Part shown: piece by piece, positions 59,200-64,000 of the stretch
Numbering within the stretch: the stretch's first letter is position 1
Layout: the number at the start of each line of letters is the position of its first letter
Notes under the pieces: model-generated
Seen by the model: the letters and a program-made list of their open reading frames with translations, nothing else
The model's database searches: none
What the model was told of the DNA's origin: nothing
Assembly (NCBI GenBank): GCA_963677595.1
Contig: OY782041.1
Location: forward strand, 2,912,001-2,976,000
DNA: 64,000 nucleotides
Direction: 5' to 3'
DNA from: Spirochaetia bacterium
GTDB lineage: Bacteria > Spirochaetota > Spirochaetia > CAKZLE01
Position numbers and translations under genes: made by a program

Positions 59200-61881
59200 A
59201 TGAAAGATGTTTCCAGGAAAGAGATGTCCAGGGTCCACAGGGTCTCGATAAACGCGGCTACGAACTACCTGCGTTTCATCGTCACCATGGTCATCACCTT
59301 CTTCCTGATCCCCTTCGTCATCAGGCAGCTCGGGGAGGACCTCTACGGTCTGTGGACGTTGAGCTTCTCTATCATCGGCTTCTTCGCCCTCCTGGACTTC
59401 GGGTTCGGACTGGGTGTGGTCAAATGGACCGGGGAGACGCGTGTCTCCGGGGATATAGAACACAGGAACCACATGCTGAGTACCGTGTTCTTCATCTATC
59501 TCATGATCGCAGCGCTCGCCATGGCCCTGCTCATCGGGTTCTCCTTCTTCTTCCCGCGACTCTTCTCGATCCCTGATGAACTCAGTAAGCCTGCTGTCCT
59601 CGTGCTGATCATCCTCGGTCTCAGGTCCCTGGTGATCCAGTTCCCGCTCTCCCTCTTCAAGGGAGTGCTCTTCGGGGAGCAGCATATACCGCTCATCAAC
59701 ATCATCCAGATGACCGGGACCGTGGTCTATGCAGGCCTCGCATGGTTCTTCCTTACCACAGGCGGCAGCCTGACGAGCCTTGCTGTTGCGAACTGCATAG
59801 GGTTCTTCGTCGAGAACCTCCTTTATACCATCCTCGCCTTCGCGAAGGTGAAGAAGCTGAGGATCTCGCCAAGGCTGGTGCGGAAGAAGTATGCCCTCGA
59901 GGCAGTCTCGTTCAGCGTCTTCTCCTTCATCACCACCATCGCAGGGCTGGTCCTCTTCAACACCGATGCCCTCATCATACAGCTGACCATGAGCCTCTCC
60001 TTCGTGGGTATCTACGGTGTCGCGCTGAAGGTGGCGGAATATGCGCTCATGCTGACCAAGCAGCTGGTCAATGTCTTCACCCCCCTCATCCTCGAATTGA
60101 AGGAGAAGCAGGAGCATGACTCGATCAGGTTCCTGCTGCTTGACGTATCGAAGTATATTCTCACGACCGGGGCGATCCTCACCGGGACCGTCGTGGTGTT
60201 CGGCAGCGACCTGCTGCTGTTCTGGGTCGGGGAGACCTTCCTCTCTGCCTATATCCCGCTCATCCTCCTGGTCACGGCACTGATGATCACGATCCCGGAG
60301 CTCGTTGCTTCCAGTGTGCTCATGCTGACCGGCCACCATGCCTTCACGGCAAAGATAGCGGTCTTCTCCATTGCCGTGAACATCACGGTCAGCCTGCTGC
60401 TGGTCGGTCCGCTCGGCTTGACGGGGATCGCCCTGGGGACCCTCTTCTCCACCCTGGTGAATTCCGGCATTCTGACGCTGAAGAAGGCTGCGGATGCCTA
60501 TGAGTTTCCCTTCCACCGCTATCTGTTCAAGGTCTTCCTTCCGGTACTCATCCCGCTCCCGCTGCTCATGGCGGCAGGCTGGCTGATCAGGCAGGCGACC
60601 GGGGTGCATTCCCTCCTGGACCTCATCCTCAAGGCAATCCCCGGGGTCGTCGTCTATGTCGTTATCTTCTGGGTCTTCTTCGTCGATAAGGGGATCAAGA
60701 GGAAGGTCTACCGAAGGTTGCCGGGAAGGAACGGCAAGAAGGGGGGGGCAGTGACAACGACAGGGTCCTGTGTGTCGGGACATGCTGAGGGCGGCCTCAA
60801 GGCCCAGTTGTGTGCCTGGCCGGTCGATGATGCGTTCCGGGCGGACTGGGACCATTTCCTGAACGACCTGCCGTGCCCCTATCCTTTCAACCGCCTCGAT
60901 TGGATCGAGAATGTAGTCTCCTGCTATCTTGCAGACGAGGGTACCGAGATCCTTCCTTTTCGATTCGTCGATGAACAGGGCCAGACCTGCGCTATGGGGA
61001 TCTACCAGCGGGTATTTGAACAGGCCTTTCCCGGTAACAGGGTAGTGATCAGGACCATCGACAACAATGCCCAGAGGATCGTCCCCCTGGTCTCACCATC
61101 CCCTGAGATGACTGCCATGGCCCTGAAAGCCCTCGTGAAGTGGGGAGGACGTCGGGTGGATTACTTCGATCTCTTCAAACTCGACAACCATGAATCGTAT
61201 CTGCAGACCGTGGACAGCCTGCTCAGACAGCAGAAGGTAGAGGTGAGCCTCACCACGTTCAACACACAGCCGAGGTTCATGCTCGTTGATGACTGGACTA
61301 CCTATCTCTCACGGAGGACCCAGGGGCATCGCAAGCGGATCCGCAGGTATACGAGGAAACTCCAGGAGGCGTATGATGACTACCAGTATATACGACTTCG
61401 CAGCGCTGCAGAGTTCGAGGCTTACGGGATCGACCATGCGTTCTCCGAGATCGCTGATATCTATTTCCTGAACTGGGATATCAATTCGCTGGCGGAGGGT
61501 GAGCAGGAGCGCCTGAGAGCCCTGTGCGGGTTCTACGAGCGCATCTTCCGTACCTGGATACCGGCTGGTCTGTGTGACCTCAACCTCCTGAAGGCGAATG
61601 GGGACCTGATCGCGTTCGACCTGAATATAGCGGAGAGGGGCAGTGTATTCATGATGGTCGGGACCTACCATCCTGATTATGCCTCACGTTCTCCTGGGAA
61701 CGCCATCTTCTGTGAAGAGGTGCAGGACAGTTTTTCCCGAAGTGAGCATGTTCTGGAGATGGGCGGGGAGTTCCTGGAGTACAAGAGGCTGTGGGCTAAA
61801 GAGAGTGTTGACAGTTATCATCTGCGTTTGTATGGGGGAACGCTGCGCTCACGCATCAAGAGGATGCTCAAGCGCGGTTGA
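59200..61881 (+). CDS. Wzx-type flippase, in frame with a GNAT (Acetyltransf_6/CelD-BcsL-like) domain; possibly two genes
   Basis: LGEDLYGLW...LLDFGFG, FNTDALII flippase motifs; C-terminal SPGNAI...LEMGGEFLEYKRLW; the junction has a G8 run and GTGA. Confidence 0.82.
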   Translation: MKDVSRKEMSRVHRVSINAATNYLRFIVTMVITFFLIPFVIRQLGEDLYGLWTLSFSIIGFFALLDFGFGLGVVKWTGETRVSGDIEHRNHMLSTVFFIYLMIAALAMALLIGFSFFFPRLFSIPDELSKPAVLVLIILGLRSLVIQFPLSLFKGVLFGEQHIPLINIIQMTGTVVYAGLAWFFLTTGGSLTSLAVANCIGFFVENLLYTILAFAKVKKLRISPRLVRKKYALEAVSFSVFSFITTIAGLVLFNTDALIIQLTMSLSFVGIYGVALKVAEYALMLTKQLVNVFTPLILELKEKQEHDSIRFLLLDVSKYILTTGAILTGTVVVFGSDLLLFWVGETFLSAYIPLILLVTALMITIPELVASSVLMLTGHHAFTAKIAVFSIAVNITVSLLLVGPLGLTGIALGTLFSTLVNSGILTLKKAADAYEFPFHRYLFKVFLPVLIPLPLLMAAGWLIRQATGVHSLLDLILKAIPGVVVYVVIFWVFFVDKGIKRKVYRRLPGRNGKKGGAVTTTGSCVSGHAEGGLKAQLCAWPVDDAFRADWDHFLNDLPCPYPFNRLDWIENVVSCYLADEGTEILPFRFVDEQGQTCAMGIYQRVFEQAFPGNRVVIRTIDNNAQRIVPLVSPSPEMTAMALKALVKWGGRRVDYFDLFKLDNHESYLQTVDSLLRQQKVEVSLTTFNTQPRFMLVDDWTTYLSRRTQGHRKRIRRYTRKLQEAYDDYQYIRLRSAAEFEAYGIDHAFSEIADIYFLNWDINSLAEGEQERLRALCGFYERIFRTWIPAGLCDLNLLKANGDLIAFDLNIAERGSVFMMVGTYHPDYASRSPGNAIFCEEVQDSFSRSEHVLEMGGEFLEYKRLWAKESVDSYHLRLYGGTLRSRIKRMLKRG

Positions 61882-61888
61882 TCCACAG

Positions 61889-62908
61889 TCAGTGCACGAT
61901 GATCGGAGGCGCGGTCGACTCCCTGATCATGAACTCACATTTCAATGCACTCAGGTTCCCGAGGTTCGGCTTGCTCTGCTCGAGGTGCTCGCACAGCTTC
62001 CAGACCAGGGTCTGCCCGATCTTCCTCGTCGGCAGTGCGACCGTCGAGAGCGGGGGATTGGTATAGGCTGCGTAGTCGATGTCATTGAAGCCGATCAGGG
62101 AGAGGTCTTGGGGGATTCTCAGGCCCCTGCGGTTCGCCTCATGGAGTACCCCGATGGCGATCAGATCATCGAACGCCAGGATAGCCGTGGGCCGTTCTGC
62201 TTCCGGCCGATCCAGTAATCGCCGTGCCGCCTGGACTGCCTCCGAGATGTTGGGGAAGCACCAGGTATAGAGGTCCTCCGGGAGTGTCCTTCCATGGCTG
62301 CGGAGCTCGTCCCTGACGCTCGTGAGCTTGAGTTGTTCGGAGATCCATTCCGGAAGGCCCGAGATGCAGGCTATACGCTCATGGCTGAGGTTGAGGAGGT
62401 GCCTCACTGCCTGGGAGGTCCCGGACTCGTAGTCGATCAGGATGCAGGGCAGTTCGGGGACCTCAACCATCCGAGAGATGATGACCGGGATCTTCGACCT
62501 GCGGTTGAACTCGACGATCTCCTCCGGCGGCAGCTTGGTCCCGACGATGATCAGCCCGTCCAGTCCCCATTTCCTCGTCTTCTGGAGGTTCTCACGCTGC
62601 AGGCTGAGTTCCTGGGTAGCGGTGAAGACCGCGAGGATCATCCCCCTCCTTGCCGCTTCCTCCTGTGCCGCATTGGCGACCTCGGTCATGAAGGGGTTGT
62701 AGATGTCGGGAAGCAGGAGCCCGATCTTCAGAAGGGCTGGGGCAGCCTTGGTCTGGGACCGGGTATATCCCAGCTCGTCGATCGCCTGCTCGATCCGCTC
62801 CCTGACTTCCCGTTTCACCGGGGCGGTGTTATTGATGACCCGTGATACTGTTGCGCTCGATACACCGCAATGTCTCGCGATGTCTCCCAGTTTTATCTTC
62901 TTTGCCAA
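61889..62908 (-). CDS. LacI-family transcriptional regulator
   Basis: LGDIARHCGVSSATVSRVIN; AFDDLIAIG; SLIGFND; PPLSTV. Confidence 0.93.
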   Translation of the reverse strand: MAKKIKLGDIARHCGVSSATVSRVINNTAPVKREVRERIEQAIDELGYTRSQTKAAPALLKIGLLLPDIYNPFMTEVANAAQEEAARRGMILAVFTATQELSLQRENLQKTRKWGLDGLIIVGTKLPPEEIVEFNRRSKIPVIISRMVEVPELPCILIDYESGTSQAVRHLLNLSHERIACISGLPEWISEQLKLTSVRDELRSHGRTLPEDLYTWCFPNISEAVQAARRLLDRPEAERPTAILAFDDLIAIGVLHEANRRGLRIPQDLSLIGFNDIDYAAYTNPPLSTVALPTRKIGQTLVWKLCEHLEQSKPNLGNLSALKCEFMIRESTAPPIIVH

Positions 62909-62998
62909 TTTCCTGATACCTCATAATCACACTGACTGTCAGGGAAGGGTATTCCCCTTGCCATGCTATGGTTATAGTATAAGATGATTGTTCAATAA

Positions 62999-63055
62999 TG
63001 TAAATATTTAAAAGTTTTCATGAAAGAAAAAAATATTTACAGTGAAATATTTACA
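62999..63055. promoter_or_regulatory. Three LacI-operator-like sites
   Basis: TGTAAATATTTAAA, AAAAATATTTACA and GTGAAATATTTACA between the divergent lacI and bmp genes. Confidence 0.55.
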
Positions 63056-63139
63056 TTTGCAGGATGGCGTTCTATAATCAGGGTAATTCCAAAACGGTGC
63101 CGCCTCATAAGGCGGGCACGAGTACAGGAGAGTATACAC

Positions 63140-64000
63140 ATGAACATGATGAAGAGATTGACAGGCCTGCTGGTCGTCCTATTGATGGCACTGGCATTCA
63201 CGAGCTGCAGCAAGCCGCCGGAGACCACTACACCGGCGGCCTCGAATGAGGTGTCGTCTGCTGCCGAGGAGACTACCCCGAAGATGAAGGTCGCCCTGCT
63301 GCTGGGTTCGACCATCGATGATGAGGGCTGGTCCCAGACCTCATACGAGGGGTTCAAGAAGGCCGAGGCTGACTTCGGGTTCGCCGGTGCCTATACCGAG
63401 AGCATCGCCCTTCCAGACCAGGAAGCGGTCGTACGCAACTATGCATCAAGCGGCTATGAGGTCATCGTCCTCTCCTCCGCTGATTTCACCGATGTGGGCG
63501 TGAACATGGCTGAGGTCTACCCGGATGTCAAGTTCATCCTGATCAACGGCAACGCGGCCAAGGAGCCGAACCTCGCCAACTACCGACCGCTGACGGTCGA
63601 ATGCGGGTTCATCGCAGGTGCGTTCTCAGCACTCGTCACGACGAACAACGCAGTCGGGATCATCAACGGTCAGAAGTTCCCGCCGGTCGAGGATGCGGCA
63701 AAGGGGTTCGAGGCTGGGGCGAAGTACATCAATCCTTCGATCGATGTGCGTGTTGCCTATACCGACAGCTGGACCGACGTCCAGAAGGCGAACGAGGCCG
63801 CGCTCGGCATGATCGAGGCGGGGGTAGACGTCTTCTCCTCCAACTGCAGCAACGGGGTCGCAGGCGTACTTGATGCCGCGATCAAGAACGATGCCCTGGT
63901 TACCGGCTATATCGGGGACCAGTACGGCATGGCTCCGGGGACCGTCCCCTTCTCAGCCATCCAGGATATCGGGATGGTCGTCTATTCGGGTATCAGGGAT
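63140..64000 (+). CDS. BMP-family ABC transporter substrate-binding lipoprotein, 5' partial (runs off window)
   Basis: Hand translation MNMMKRLTGLLVVLLMALAFTSC...KVALLLGSTIDDEGWSQTSYEG...YPDVKF...GFEAGAKYINP; AGGAG RBS. Confidence 0.88.
   Translation, partial: MNMMKRLTGLLVVLLMALAFTSCSKPPETTTPAASNEVSSAAEETTPKMKVALLLGSTIDDEGWSQTSYEGFKKAEADFGFAGAYTESIALPDQEAVVRNYASSGYEVIVLSSADFTDVGVNMAEVYPDVKFILINGNAAKEPNLANYRPLTVECGFIAGAFSALVTTNNAVGIINGQKFPPVEDAAKGFEAGAKYINPSIDVRVAYTDSWTDVQKANEAALGMIEAGVDVFSSNCSNGVAGVLDAAIKNDALVTGYIGDQYGMAPGTVPFSAIQDIGMVVYSGIRD

Noticed and set aside
58843-60855. 670-aa minus-strand ORF, plus many other 100-320 aa antisense ORFs (e.g. 9868..10830, 38816..39709, 7301..8203)
   Set aside because: Shadow frames of well-supported genes, caused by strong codon bias; no motifs or RBS.

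Overview
Bacterial chromosomal window of moderately high GC. The host is probably a Spirochaetota member, inferred from the AGQQE/AGGAQE solute-binding leaders and spirochaete-like lipoboxes. No rRNA, tRNA or CRISPR array was seen. (1) 1-37 kb alternates sugar-utilisation loci with accessory patches. One locus has an Rbs-type ABC transporter, UroD-family enzyme, rhamnose mutarotase and LacI. The other has a CUT1 ABC transporter, a GntR/LacI-hybrid regulator and four tandem SnoaL/ester-cyclase genes. The accessory patches hold toxin-antitoxin and defence-like genes (PIN/DUF6364, AAA_21+DUF4276, AAA_21+PIN, AAA_14-DUF4143, AbiEi/AbiEii), antitoxin stubs, an ISL3 and an IS1634-type element. Partial gene duplicates repeatedly bracket cargo. 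The clearest case is an SGNH-hydrolase gene split at a 10-bp core (ACACCTGGGG) by a 6.2-kb segment that carries its own intact SGNH copy. (2) 37-62 kb is a Wzx/Wzy exopolysaccharide locus with a STAS + SpoIIE/HATPase partner switch, a GH9 lipoprotein, several degenerate enzyme-like proteins and an unexplained nucleotidyltransferase/phosphodiesterase/GT2 trio. (3) The window ends with LacI and a partial BMP-family lipoprotein. Several single-base frameshifts fall in short G runs and may be assembly errors. All family calls come from motif recognition by eye, not database searches.
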